Assembly: GCA_950072105.1 (NCBI GenBank)
Contig: CATMOE010000025.1
Span: forward strand, 1-48,566
DNA from: an uncultured Dehalococcoidia bacterium
Lineage (GTDB): Bacteria > Chloroflexota > Dehalococcoidia > Lucifugimonadales > UBA3495
Reading direction: 5' to 3'
Length of the DNA: 48,566 bases
The notes below the pieces were generated by a model. That model searched no databases. It had not been told where the DNA came from and worked only from the letters and a program-made list of their open reading frames with translations. Below, one piece after another: positions 1 to 9,779 of this stretch (positions are counted from its first letter, which is position 1; each line of letters starts with the position of its first letter). The translations under genes were made by a program, and so were the position numbers.

Positions 1-188
1 TTGGTGCTACGATATTGGCCCAAGGAGACGGCAGCTGGGAGTTGGAACTGTTGGTCCCCAGGGCGGTTTCGACTGAGGCCCAAGAGCCGCAGATTGTGAA
101 CACCGGACCAAGGTTAGGATGGGGGTGCGGAATTCCTGAACAAATCTGTTTTCGACACCCACAAACACCCATACGGAGCGAGAGGAAC

Positions 189-995
189 ATGATGATCGTC
201 GATACCCATAGCCACGCCGGCATCAACTGGTTCGAGCCGGTGGAGATGATCCTGCACCAGATGAACCTTAACGGCGTCGAAAAAACTGTCCTGATTCAGC
301 ACGCCGCCAATTACCACAACGACTACATAATGGAGTGCGTTAAACGCTTCCCCGGCCGGTTCGGCGCGGTGATCTGGGTGGACGTGCAAGACCCCAACGC
401 CACCGCCACTCTTGAGCAGCTATCCAAACACCCGGAGGTCGTTGGCGTGCGGTTCCACCCCAACGAACGTTCTCCGGGACTGGACCCGCTGGCCATCTGG
501 CGCAAGGCCGCCGAGCTCGATCTACCCGTAAGCTGCTTCCCGAGGACCGCGGAGCATACGGCCGATCCATCATTCCAGAGCCTAGTAGAAGAGCTTCCCG
601 GCTGCACCATCGTTCTGGAGCACCTGGCCGGAGCCTACCGGCCCCAAAGCCCCGCCTCAGTCACGGCTCCCTATGACGATTACAAGAAAGCCCTGACCCT
701 AGCCAGGTTTCCCAACACATACATAAAGTTCGGCGGCCTAGGAGAATTCTGCGTTCGCCCCGTTCCCCTGGCCGCCCAGTTTGACTTCACCGAGGTCCCG
801 CCCCTGATGGAGATGGCCTACGAGGCCTTCGGCCCCAAACGCATGATGTGGGGCAGTGACTACCCGCCGGTGGGAGGGCGGGAAGGCTACCGCAACTCCC
901 TGCAGGGAGTAATGGAACACCCAGTCTTTAAAAGCCAGGACGACAAGGACTGGGCCTTCGGCAAGACCGCCATGGAGGTCTTCAAACTAGCGTAA
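189..995 (+). CDS. Amidohydrolase_2 family metal-dependent hydrolase
   Basis: Start moved to ATG 189 after GAGAGGA; N-terminal IVDTHSH, LEHLAG and MWGSDYP motifs. Confidence 0.85.
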   Translation: MMIVDTHSHAGINWFEPVEMILHQMNLNGVEKTVLIQHAANYHNDYIMECVKRFPGRFGAVIWVDVQDPNATATLEQLSKHPEVVGVRFHPNERSPGLDPLAIWRKAAELDLPVSCFPRTAEHTADPSFQSLVEELPGCTIVLEHLAGAYRPQSPASVTAPYDDYKKALTLARFPNTYIKFGGLGEFCVRPVPLAAQFDFTEVPPLMEMAYEAFGPKRMMWGSDYPPVGGREGYRNSLQGVMEHPVFKSQDDKDWAFGKTAMEVFKLA

Positions 996-1006
996 ACCCC
1001 AGCCAA

Positions 1007-1040
1007 AGCCCCCTTCGATAAAGGGGGGTTGGGGGGATTT
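1007..1040. repeat. REP-like palindrome family A (copy 1), between convergent genes
   Basis: GCCCCCTT-CGATA-AAGGGGGG-TTGGGGGGATTT; inverted near-copy at 45122-45155. Confidence 0.65.
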
Positions 1041-1916
1041 TCACCCCCGCAGCATGTCCATCACCATGTGCTCCTCGCCGAAGACGAGTTCCCCGTCATA
1101 GATCTTCTTGATGTCGCCGATGCCCTTTTCCATGGCTCCGTGTTCGCACAGGTTTGGGCCGGTGTGCACCAGCACCAGTTTTTTCACCCCGGCTTGCTGG
1201 GCCATCTCCGCCGCGCCTCGGGTGCCGCACATGCTGCCTTCACCCTCGCCGATGGCATCCATCACGTCCGAGTCACCCCAGCACATGCACAGCATGACGT
1301 CCGCGTCCTTGGCCAGATCTAACACCGTGTCACAAGGGGTGGTGTCGCCGGTGAACACCATGGTGCCGTCGGGTGTGTCCAGGCGATAGGCCAGGCAATC
1401 CAGCCACGGCTGGGCGTGCTCGGCGGTGGCCGAGGTTATCTGCCAGTCCTTTCCGGAGTGGACGTAACCGGGTCCGATGTCACGAACATCCACCGAGGGC
1501 GGCTTGCGGGGTAACGTGCCACCCCGGTTCACGAACACGGCCTGGCTGCCTGGGTGGTTGACCCGCGCCTTCCAATCATGGGCGAACGCGCCGACATTTT
1601 CATCCAGGATCCGCTCGGTGATCAATTCGGTCAGTGTGGGGCCGTACACCTGCAACTGGTTCTCTTTGCCGATACTCTGGTCCCACCGGCAAAGTAGAAA
1701 GCAAGGGTAATCTACGTCGTGGTCGAAGTGGTGGTGGCTAAAAAACAGGTAGTCGATCTGGGTGGGCCACAGGCCCGACTGAACCAGCTTGTGGGTTGCG
1801 GCCGGTCCACAGTCGAACATGATATATTCGCCGCCAACCTCGACGACGTGGGAAGAGCCGAACCTCGTCGGTGTCGGCGTCGGGGTGCCAGTGCCCAACA
1901 GGTAAATTTTTGCCAA
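1041..1916 (-). CDS. MBL-fold metallo-hydrolase (RNase Z/arylsulfatase-like)
   Basis: LLGTGTP, FDCG, SHHHFDH, FTGDT and LVHT motifs. Confidence 0.85.
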   Translation of the reverse strand: MAKIYLLGTGTPTPTPTRFGSSHVVEVGGEYIMFDCGPAATHKLVQSGLWPTQIDYLFFSHHHFDHDVDYPCFLLCRWDQSIGKENQLQVYGPTLTELITERILDENVGAFAHDWKARVNHPGSQAVFVNRGGTLPRKPPSVDVRDIGPGYVHSGKDWQITSATAEHAQPWLDCLAYRLDTPDGTMVFTGDTTPCDTVLDLAKDADVMLCMCWGDSDVMDAIGEGEGSMCGTRGAAEMAQQAGVKKLVLVHTGPNLCEHGAMEKGIGDIKKIYDGELVFGEEHMVMDMLRG

Positions 1917-2190
1917 TATCTCTACTCCCTAAGAAGATTACTTCGGAGTTGGTGTTGCTCCGTTGCGATTCCCTGGCCGAGTATACCAGCACCAAATCTG
2001 GTCGTTATGCAGGTTTCGATATTAAGGCCACCAGGAGCAGCCAGTTGGACAGGTACGGACGGTGCGGTTATGATTTGGCCGGAATCAACCTAAGAGGCGA
2101 GGCCATTGGGAATTCGGCAAGACATCAAGCATGGGCGGCTCGTCCGCCAGGCACAGCAGCACATGAAAACGCTGGCCGTGGACGATTAGG

Positions 2191-3231
2191 ATGAAGTTCG
2201 CCTTTTTCACCCATCTGCCATGGCCGGAAGGGACCGATGCCAAAGAGGTTATCGACCGGAGCGCCGAACAGGTTCTGTTCGCGGAAGAACTGGGTTTTTA
2301 CAGCGCCTGGCTGGCCGAGCATCACTTCACCCGCTATAGCATCGGCTCTTCATCCCTGATCTTAGCCACCAACCTGGCGGCCCGCACCAAGACCATTCGG
2401 CTGGGAACGGCGGTGTTGGTGTCGCCATTGCACAACCCGCTGCGGCTGGCCGAAGATACCGCTACTCTTGACCTTATCAGCGGGGGCCGCTTGGACGTGG
2501 GGTTCGGCCGGGGGTCTGGGGGCTACGAGTATCACGGCTACAACATCAACGCCGACGAAAGCTTGGACCGGTTCATGGACTCCGTAAATATGGTCCAGGG
2601 ACTTTGGACCACGCCCGACTTCACTTATTCGGGACAACACTTTCAGGTGAACCGGGCCAATCTCGTGCCGATGCCTATCCAGAAGCCTCATCCGCCCATA
2701 TATCTGGCCGCTACCCGGACCCCCGCGACCCTGGATTTCGCGGTTTCCACCGGGCACAACCTTTGCATCGCGGTCGTGCAGGACACGGCTGACGCCTTGG
2801 AACTGTGCCAACGATTCGTGGAGAAATCCCAAGAAGCGGGATTCAACCTGTCCAAGTCGGAGATACCTTTCTTTCGCTACTTCTACGTTGCCGAGACCGA
2901 AGAACAGGCCCGTCAAGACACGGTGGACAGACTGAACTGGGTGGCGGATATAATGCAGTGGCGGCGCTTCATCGACGAGGGAAGCGAGGTCTATCGCCGC
3001 ATGGAGGACTGGCGCAAAACGCGCAACGAAGCTCCCACCACTTACGAATACTTGGCCGAACACCGCGCTATAATCGGCACGCCTGACCAATGCGCGGCGA
3101 AGATTCAGGAGCTACGAGACCAGGGTATCGAGTACTTTGGCTGTAACTTCGACTTCGGCGGCATGGAGCACGGTAAGGTGCTAAAGTCCATGGAACTATT
3201 TTCAAAAGAGGTCATGCCCAGATTCACCTAG
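2191..3231 (+). CDS. LLM-class flavin-dependent oxidoreductase (luciferase-like)
   Basis: WLAEHHF, IRLGTAV, PLRLAED, SGGRLDVGFGRG motifs. Confidence 0.9.
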   Translation: MKFAFFTHLPWPEGTDAKEVIDRSAEQVLFAEELGFYSAWLAEHHFTRYSIGSSSLILATNLAARTKTIRLGTAVLVSPLHNPLRLAEDTATLDLISGGRLDVGFGRGSGGYEYHGYNINADESLDRFMDSVNMVQGLWTTPDFTYSGQHFQVNRANLVPMPIQKPHPPIYLAATRTPATLDFAVSTGHNLCIAVVQDTADALELCQRFVEKSQEAGFNLSKSEIPFFRYFYVAETEEQARQDTVDRLNWVADIMQWRRFIDEGSEVYRRMEDWRKTRNEAPTTYEYLAEHRAIIGTPDQCAAKIQELRDQGIEYFGCNFDFGGMEHGKVLKSMELFSKEVMPRFT

Positions 3232-3257
3232 AGCATTAGCGGACCGGAGAATCAATA

Positions 3258-3611
3258 TTGAACTCTAAACGGATCCCTTCACGCCCGCCAGACCCCGTTG
3301 ACGCAGAAGGTTTTCACACCCGCGGCAACCGGTACAGCCGGACCGGTGCATACGAGGCGGCGATCGCCGACTACGACAAGGCGATCGAACTGGACCCGAA
3401 TTTCGCGGATGCCCATTACGATCGCGGCTACTCCTATTACGAAATGGGGCGCCTTGAGGAGGCGGTCAGGGACTCGTCCCAGGCCATCGAACTCAATCCC
3501 GATGACGACCGCTACTATGCGCTGCGTTCCGTGGTTTATCTCTTCTCCGACCGTATGGACCTGGCCCAGATCGACGAGGAGATGTGCGAAGAGCTGAGAA
3601 ACCGGGACTAG
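3258..3611 (+). CDS. Tetratricopeptide repeat protein
   Basis: AIADYDKAIELDPNFADAHYDRG and AIELNP TPR repeats; GGAGA RBS before TTG. Confidence 0.85.
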   Translation: MNSKRIPSRPPDPVDAEGFHTRGNRYSRTGAYEAAIADYDKAIELDPNFADAHYDRGYSYYEMGRLEEAVRDSSQAIELNPDDDRYYALRSVVYLFSDRMDLAQIDEEMCEELRNRD

Positions 3612-3874
3612 ATCAGGCTGGCTGAATTTAGAGGCGGCGGAAAAGTTATTACTTGGCCGGAAAGAATCAAGCAAAAGTCAGGACGTGACCGAAGAGCGGC
3701 CAAAATTGGGCTGGAATCGGTTATAATAGGGGTGCCGTACCGGAGGTTCCGCAGTGCCGGAGCATCTCGTCGACGTCAGACTTCCACCCAACAACTAGAA
3801 ACCTCGGCGCCTCGAACAGGCCTTTGATCGAAAGCGATATTCTAAGGTTTCAAAACCTACGGAGTACACATCAG

Positions 3875-4081
3875 TTGAATACCAAGCAAGTGCCAAAATC
3901 AGTGAAAGAAGATCGCTGTTGGTGCGGACATCTGGAACGCTGGCACCACTGGACGGGTATCTGCCGATGGTGCGCCAGACTGGAACTACGCCGCCCCGAG
4001 TTTAACTTCGTACCTCGGCATGCGTTCGGCACCGAGATTCCCGACCGCGTTCGAAAGATAATAGGCACCCTGGGCCGTTGA
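3875..4081 (+). CDS. Small Cys/His-rich hypothetical protein, putative Zn-binding
   Basis: GGAG RBS then TTG 3875; CWCGHxxxWHH...CRWC; TATAAT about 150 nt upstream. Confidence 0.5.
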   Translation: MNTKQVPKSVKEDRCWCGHLERWHHWTGICRWCARLELRRPEFNFVPRHAFGTEIPDRVRKIIGTLGR

Positions 4082-4156
4082 TCCTCGTTTAAGGACATCC
4101 GGCCCAAGGCTGTTGAAACCTCGTTACTCTTCGGCGCGCTACGCCGGCGGCCAAGA

Positions 4157-4534
4157 TTACTTAGGCGCTATCCGGTCCTCGTCAACCAACTGCAAACGCC
4201 AACCGTCGGGGTCCCGCATATTGACGTTGGTCCTGCCGGTTACCTCCACCAAGTGGGGCCCACGTTCGGGCTTGATCCCCTTGGCCACCACGTCGTCGTA
4301 AGCTTCTTGAGCGTTGGCCACCTTAAACGCGATGTGGTTGATCCCGATGGATTCTTCGCCGGAGGCGCTGTGAATCTCAAGAACGGGCTGGTTTTCGCCG
4401 GGCAGCTTCAGTTCGGCTGACCCGCCATGATGGGCCGTTCGCAACAGTACCTCAAATCCCAGCTTATGATAAAACTCCACAAACTCGTCCACGTCGCGAA
4501 CGATCAACTCTATATGGTCGATGCTAAGTACCAT
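4157..4534 (-). CDS. VOC/glyoxalase family protein
   Basis: IDHIELIVRD, INHIAFKV, RDPDGWRLQL; GGAGG RBS before ATG 4534. Confidence 0.9.
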   Translation of the reverse strand: MVLSIDHIELIVRDVDEFVEFYHKLGFEVLLRTAHHGGSAELKLPGENQPVLEIHSASGEESIGINHIAFKVANAQEAYDDVVAKGIKPERGPHLVEVTGRTNVNMRDPDGWRLQLVDEDRIAPK

Positions 4535-4750
4535 TTTTCCTCCTAACTCAGGCCCTACTTCCCCCAAGCCGATCTAAGGCCTCCGAAGCGGGTGAATCGA
4601 AAATACAGTCTCGGCAAATCGCTGTCAAACATGCCCGGCTTCCCTTCGAACCAGGTTGGAATGCGGGCAAAGAGAGTGTATTCTAGAATCGAGGCGACCT
4701 TCACTCCGGTACTTTTTTACCCATCGGTCATTGAAAAAGATGCATAGACC

Positions 4751-5553
4751 ATGAGCTTAAGAGATAGGATCGGCTTCGACTCGGGCGCCACCAAGCTGGA
4801 AGACTCTCTGGAAACCGCCAAGTCCCACGGGTTTCACTATCTGGACTTCGGCGCCGACACCGGCCCCAACCGGCTGGACAACTGGACCGATGAGCGGGCC
4901 AACACGGTTCAGAACGTATGCCACCAAAGCGGCATCCGCCTGTCCCTACACACCGCGTCTTCAGTCAATATCGCCGAGTTCTCGCCTTATGTCAGCGACG
5001 CCGTGGACCAGTACCTCGGGGCTATATAGGCCTGGCGAAAGTGTTGGACTGCAACGAAGTGGTGGTGCATGGCGGTTACCATTTCAGTTCTCAGTTGGAG
5101 GCACGGAAGCTGGCGTCCCTGGAGCGCTTACAGCGTAGCGTGGCCTACGCCGAAGAACAGGGAGTGAAATTGTTCCTGGAAAACCTGAACTTCGAGCCCG
5201 ACGATGCTGAGATCCATTACCTGGCCCATACGGTAGAAGAGAGCCGTTACTACTTCGACGCGATCTCGTCAGATAGCTTCAGTGGGGCGTTCACCGTCAA
5301 CCACGCCAATCTGGTGCTCGAGGGAATCAACGGATTTCTCGACGCCTTCGGTGTCGACCGGATAGGCGAAGTCCGTCTGGCTGACAACCTTGGAGACAGA
5401 GAGGTCCACCTCAATCCCGGCGAGGGCAACATAGACTTCCCGGCGGTTTTCCACCGTTTAGAGTCTTCGGGATACCTGGGATTCGACACCATGGCCTTCG
5501 GCAGCCTGGAAGACAAACTAAAGGCAAGGGACGTTTTCGGCGATTATGAGTAG
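4751..5553 (+). pseudogene. Sugar-phosphate isomerase/epimerase (xylose-isomerase-like TIM barrel), frameshifted
   Basis: ORFs 4751-5029 and 4918-5553 join at about 5015-5020 (YL|RGYIGLAK); VVHGG, LENLN, HLNPGEGNIDF motifs. Confidence 0.75.
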
Positions 5554-5608
5554 CCTAGCGCAGATGTAGGCGTCAAGCGGCGGCGATCGTCTTGCCCGCA
5601 TACAAACA

Positions 5609-6931
5609 TCAAGACGGATCCCGGCTCGATTCCTCGACCGGTCTGCGAGGGGGCGTGGCCGCCAGCACCATGACCGACGCCGCCGCCGCCGCCGCGGCCA
5701 CCAGGAAGAACGCCAAACGATAGCTGCCGGTGGCGTCGAACATAAAACCGGAGATTAACGGCCCGGTCAATTGGCCTGCGATCTGGACCGGCAACGTTAT
5801 GCCCCGGATGCTGCCCAAGGAGCTACGGCCATAGAAATCCGCCCACACCAGCCGAAGCAGCAGGTGTATGCCGCCGATACCGCCGCCCAAAATGGCTGCA
5901 GCGCACAATCCCCAGACAAACGTCCCGCTGGATCCGGTTACCATGCCACCCAGAGCGACAGTCATCCCGCTGGCCGCCAGGAGGAATCGCACCGGAATCC
6001 TGATACACAAAGTGGACCACACCAGCCCTCCCGCGACTTGGGACAAAGCGAAGACTCCGACGATAAGAGCGGCCGATGAACCCGAAACCCCTTGATCGAT
6101 AAAGTGGGCCGCCTGGTGCACGGAAACTCCACCCTGAACGAGAAAGATCGCCGCGGAGAAGATGGACAAGATCCAAAACGACCGGGTTACCAAGGCTTGG
6201 CGGGTGGTGAAGTCGGGCTCCGAGGCGTCTTGAACCTCACTGCCCGATGCCGAAACCGGCGAGTTCCTTGGGCCGACGCCTCTCGGCATCGGGTCGCCCG
6301 CCAGTCCCACGTCCTCCGGACGCCTGATCAATAGCAAAGCCGGTATCACGCCTATAGCCAGGGTGTATATCCCAAGTGATGACCAAGCGGCCCGCCAGCC
6401 CCAACCCCCGATGACCCACTGGGCAATCAGCGGCATGGCGGCTAGGCCGGTGCCTTGGGTCGCCATCAAGATGGCCAACGCCAGCGGTCTTCTCCTGATG
6501 AACCAATTGCTTATGGCGGTGGAGGGCGCCAACTCCAGAGGCGCGGCGAAACAGGCCCGTCCGGGAACAAACAGGCCGTAATAACCTCCCAAGTTGGCCA
6601 CTTGGGACAACCCCACTCCGCACACACCTACTATCGCGGAGGCGACGGCCAGGACAGTTCCGGCGCCGTACCGGTCGATCCAGCGGCCAATCATGGGTGA
6701 TATCACCACGGCTAGTAGGCCGCCCAGGCTCAACGCGCCGGAAAATACGCCCCTCGACCAGCCGAATTCGGCCGTCATGGGTACTACGAAAACCGCCAGA
6801 ACGGCGGAGGCCATCAACGGTCTAGTGGAATAGCTGGATACGGCGGCGACGCCAAGGATGACCCAGCCATAGTAGAACGGGCAGCGCCGGGCTAATCGGG
6901 CTTGGAACGAGTTATGTAGACGGTGCTCCAA
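5609..6931 (-). CDS. MFS transporter
   Basis: About 12 hydrophobic segments; FYYGWVIL, GRWIDRYG, ISNWFIRRR. Confidence 0.9.
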   Translation of the reverse strand: MEHRLHNSFQARLARRCPFYYGWVILGVAAVSSYSTRPLMASAVLAVFVVPMTAEFGWSRGVFSGALSLGGLLAVVISPMIGRWIDRYGAGTVLAVASAIVGVCGVGLSQVANLGGYYGLFVPGRACFAAPLELAPSTAISNWFIRRRPLALAILMATQGTGLAAMPLIAQWVIGGWGWRAAWSSLGIYTLAIGVIPALLLIRRPEDVGLAGDPMPRGVGPRNSPVSASGSEVQDASEPDFTTRQALVTRSFWILSIFSAAIFLVQGGVSVHQAAHFIDQGVSGSSAALIVGVFALSQVAGGLVWSTLCIRIPVRFLLAASGMTVALGGMVTGSSGTFVWGLCAAAILGGGIGGIHLLLRLVWADFYGRSSLGSIRGITLPVQIAGQLTGPLISGFMFDATGSYRLAFFLVAAAAAAASVMVLAATPPRRPVEESSRDPS

Positions 6932-6943
6932 TGGAAAAGCGCT

Positions 6944-7043
6944 TTAGATTCGCGGCTTCCGGTTATGCCGGGGCGTCGCCGGATCATGGGCGTGGGCCGT
7001 CCTCAGCCCGGTGGCATCGACAAAAAGACATCTGACGCTGCAG
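6944..7043 (-). pseudogene. Displaced, degenerate copy of the amidase 3' end
   Basis: Minus strand reads FVDATGLRTAHAHDPATPRHNRKPRI* versus amidase FDEATVLRIAHAYEQATPWHNRRPPI* (7785-7886). Confidence 0.85.
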
Positions 7044-7102
7044 GATTGGGCCAACACGCCCACGTTACTCAAGAAAGAAACTCATGTTCGATGATGATCG
7101 GC

Positions 7103-7690
7103 TCACAGCTGTCCAGCCTTCAAATCCGCAATGAAGGGTTCGTATGCCGCCCGCACCTCATTTGCCCCAGGTAGCCCCGGCTCAATCACATCCTTCTGGT
7201 AATCCTGAGCGATCTGGCCTTGTTGTTCCCGGTTGTAATCTTTGAAGTGCTTACCGTTTGCTCTCCAGCTGTTCAGACCAGGCCAACTGTCGTAGAAATA
7301 ACCGCCTTCCTGTTGGGCCCGCAATGCCTGGAATATATAGTCGGTACCGATCCGTTCGAACTGATATACGTGAACCAGTTCATGTATGAGCAGCTCGAGA
7401 TGTTCCCTGGAATGGTAACCCGACTTGGGCAGGTTGACCGTGTGAAATGTTGTGAAAGCCCTTCCTGGGCCGAACTTAAAGATCAGGGTGAGCAGTCTTC
7501 CCTCTGCAACCCGAACGGACCGATATTTGATCGAATTCTCTCCCAATACCAACGAAGCGGCTTTAATCTCAGACTCGGTCAATCGGCTGACGCCGACAAG
7601 GAAATGCCAAAAGAACTGAAACAGTCTAGGTCCCTGAAATATGTCAAACACCTTAGATATCAAGGCTTTCATCGGCGTTGCCTCCTTCAT
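7103..7690 (-). CDS. HExxH putative zinc metallopeptidase-like protein (DUF4157/Rhs-associated type)
   Basis: LIHELVHVYQ and YNREQQGQIAQDY; more AT-rich than its neighbours. Confidence 0.65.
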   Translation of the reverse strand: MKEATPMKALISKVFDIFQGPRLFQFFWHFLVGVSRLTESEIKAASLVLGENSIKYRSVRVAEGRLLTLIFKFGPGRAFTTFHTVNLPKSGYHSREHLELLIHELVHVYQFERIGTDYIFQALRAQQEGGYFYDSWPGLNSWRANGKHFKDYNREQQGQIAQDYQKDVIEPGLPGANEVRAAYEPFIADLKAGQL

Positions 7691-7784
7691 TGCCTAGAGA
7701 AATGAAACACCGCTGTCACCAGTATCCGGCATTATACCGTTTAGAATTCAAGGGATGCCCAACCCCTTGCCAGCCTATCGCGCT

Positions 7785-9212
7785 CTAAATGGGCGGTCTT
7801 CGGTTATGCCAGGGCGTCGCCTGTTCGTAGGCGTGGGCTATCCGCAAGACGGTTGCTTCGTCAAAGGGGCGTCCGGCGATCTGTAGCGCCAAAGGCAGAG
7901 CGCCTTCTCCTTCAGAAGTAAAGCCGCACAGCATGGAAAGGGCCGGAGCGCCAGCCAAGCTATAAGGACTCCGGAAGCTTCCGGCAGCCAGGGCTCGTTT
8001 GGCTTGCTCTTTGCTCTCGACTATCCGCTCGGGGGTCATCACCTCCGCCGGTCCGGCGCTGGTGGGTTGAACCAAGACGTCAACGTCGTTCAAGACCTGC
8101 AGCACTTCTTGGCGGATCAGAGCCCTTAACTTCTGCGCTTTGTAGTAAACCTGGGCCGGGATCAAGTTTCCTGCCGTGAAGGCCACTCTAGTGTTGTGGT
8201 GGTATTCCTGAGGCCGTTGCCGCAGCCACTCGGGATGGAGGCTCACCCGTTCGGTATGGGTGATGGTGCGGACAACCACTCCGGACTTGGCTCCCAATGG
8301 GAGGGAGACTTCTTTGACCTGAGCGCCCAGGCCTTTCAACACTTCCACTGCGGCCAGCACCGCGTCTCGCGTTTGAGCGGTAACCCCCGATGCATCGGGG
8401 TCGAGGAACTCTTTCACGATTCCTAGTTTCAGCCCAGAGATGTTTCCGGATAGCGCTTGGCGGTAATCGGGAACAGGCGTCTGCCGCGTATAGGAGTCCT
8501 GGGGGTCGTACCCAGCTATCGCGCCGATGGTAACGGCGCAGTCCTCCACCGTCCGCGCGACGGGGCCGATGGTGTCGATGGACCAACAAGCTCCATCCAC
8601 GCCATAACGGCTGACACGCCCCCAGGTTGGACGCAGCCCCACCAAGCCACAGTTGGCTGCCGGTCCGCGGATGGATCCGCCGGTGTCCTCTCCCAAGGAC
8701 GTAGCGCAGAGGTGGGCGGCCGTGGCCGCGCCCGAACCGGTGCTGGACGTGCCGGGACTGCGCTCCAGGTCCCACGGGTTGCGGGCCGCGCCGGAAGCGG
8801 AACTAACCGGGTCGCCCAGTGCAAACTCGCTCATGTTCAGCTTTCCCAGCAAAATAGCGCCGGCTTTCTTCAGATTCGCCATGACCGTGGCGTCCTCTTC
8901 TGGCACGAAGGTTGCCCGGAGTTTTGAACCGTCGGTGGTGCGGATGCCCTTGGTGTGGATCTGGTCTTTTATCGCCACGGGTACGCCATGCAACGGCCCC
9001 CGGTAATGGCCTTGTTGGATCTCTGCCTCGGCCTGGCGGGCATCGCGGCGGGCCTCTTCGGCGCAGACGGTGACGTAAGCGTTGACGACCGGGTTCACCT
9101 GCTCTATGCGATCCAGGTACGCCTCCACCGCTTCCACCGGGGAGACTTGCTTTGTTTCTATAAGTTTGGCCAGTTCGGTGACTGTGAGATGCGGTATCCC
9201 GGCGCGATCCAT
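7785..9212 (-). CDS. Amidase-signature family amidase (GatA/AtzE-like)
   Basis: GPLHGVPVAIKD, PGTSSTGS, GEDTGGSIRGPA (Ser-cisSer-Lys triad region). Confidence 0.92.
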   Translation of the reverse strand: MDRAGIPHLTVTELAKLIETKQVSPVEAVEAYLDRIEQVNPVVNAYVTVCAEEARRDARQAEAEIQQGHYRGPLHGVPVAIKDQIHTKGIRTTDGSKLRATFVPEEDATVMANLKKAGAILLGKLNMSEFALGDPVSSASGAARNPWDLERSPGTSSTGSGAATAAHLCATSLGEDTGGSIRGPAANCGLVGLRPTWGRVSRYGVDGACWSIDTIGPVARTVEDCAVTIGAIAGYDPQDSYTRQTPVPDYRQALSGNISGLKLGIVKEFLDPDASGVTAQTRDAVLAAVEVLKGLGAQVKEVSLPLGAKSGVVVRTITHTERVSLHPEWLRQRPQEYHHNTRVAFTAGNLIPAQVYYKAQKLRALIRQEVLQVLNDVDVLVQPTSAGPAEVMTPERIVESKEQAKRALAAGSFRSPYSLAGAPALSMLCGFTSEGEGALPLALQIAGRPFDEATVLRIAHAYEQATPWHNRRPPI

Positions 9213-9213
9213 G

Positions 9214-9402
9214 CTAGACCTCCCCTTGCGGAAATATCAGAGGCAGGGGTTCAACAGCGTTAACGCCGGGCAGATCGATCTCGTCCATCATTTCCAGTAT
9301 GGCGTTGAGGCTGTGGGCGACTTCAGTAAGCTCAGGCTCTTGGATATCCAGTCCCACGGCCCTTCCCAGGGCCTTCACTTCCAGGTTGGTCAGATCTTCC
9401 AC
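9214..9402 (-). CDS. Small GatC/AtzG-like amidase partner protein
   Basis: 62 aa, GGAGG RBS, ends 1 nt before the amidase start; EVKALGRAVGLDI...LNAILEMMDEIDLPGVNAVEP resembles the GatC pattern. Confidence 0.7.
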   Translation of the reverse strand: MEDLTNLEVKALGRAVGLDIQEPELTEVAHSLNAILEMMDEIDLPGVNAVEPLPLIFPQGEV

Positions 9403-9779
9403 AACAGCCTCCTTAGCCGGTCGGTTCGACTGCGCAGGGTATTTCCGAGGATGGGTCCAATTCTATCGGGGAGGCAAGCAGTGTCAACCTTGGGCCGTGC
9501 GCCAAGCATACAAGGTAGTGTAAGGGTACTGGGACCGTCACGCCGACCCCATTGTTGTCTAATCTTGCCAGCAGGCAAGACGTCCGATAGGTCCGCCCCT
9601 CCGGCGTAACTATGAACGCACAACCGAACCCCTGCCAAAATCGCTTGGCGCTGCGATTTTGGACATGGAGACGCGGGAGAGTTGGTCTCGACCAGAAACA
9701 TGGGCTGGCGGTGCTGGTGGCGTTAGGCCAAGTAGGGTTGTGGTGCCTAAGAGTTGATTGAGGACCACATACCAAAGCT

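Noticed and set aside
2106..2189. 27-codon ORF ending 1 nt before the LLM start
   Set aside because: TTG start, weak RBS and no informative motif; cannot be supported from sequence alone.
7785..9402. Housekeeping gatCA
   Set aside because: No gatB adjacent and the context is catabolic/transport; treated as a paralogous amidase.
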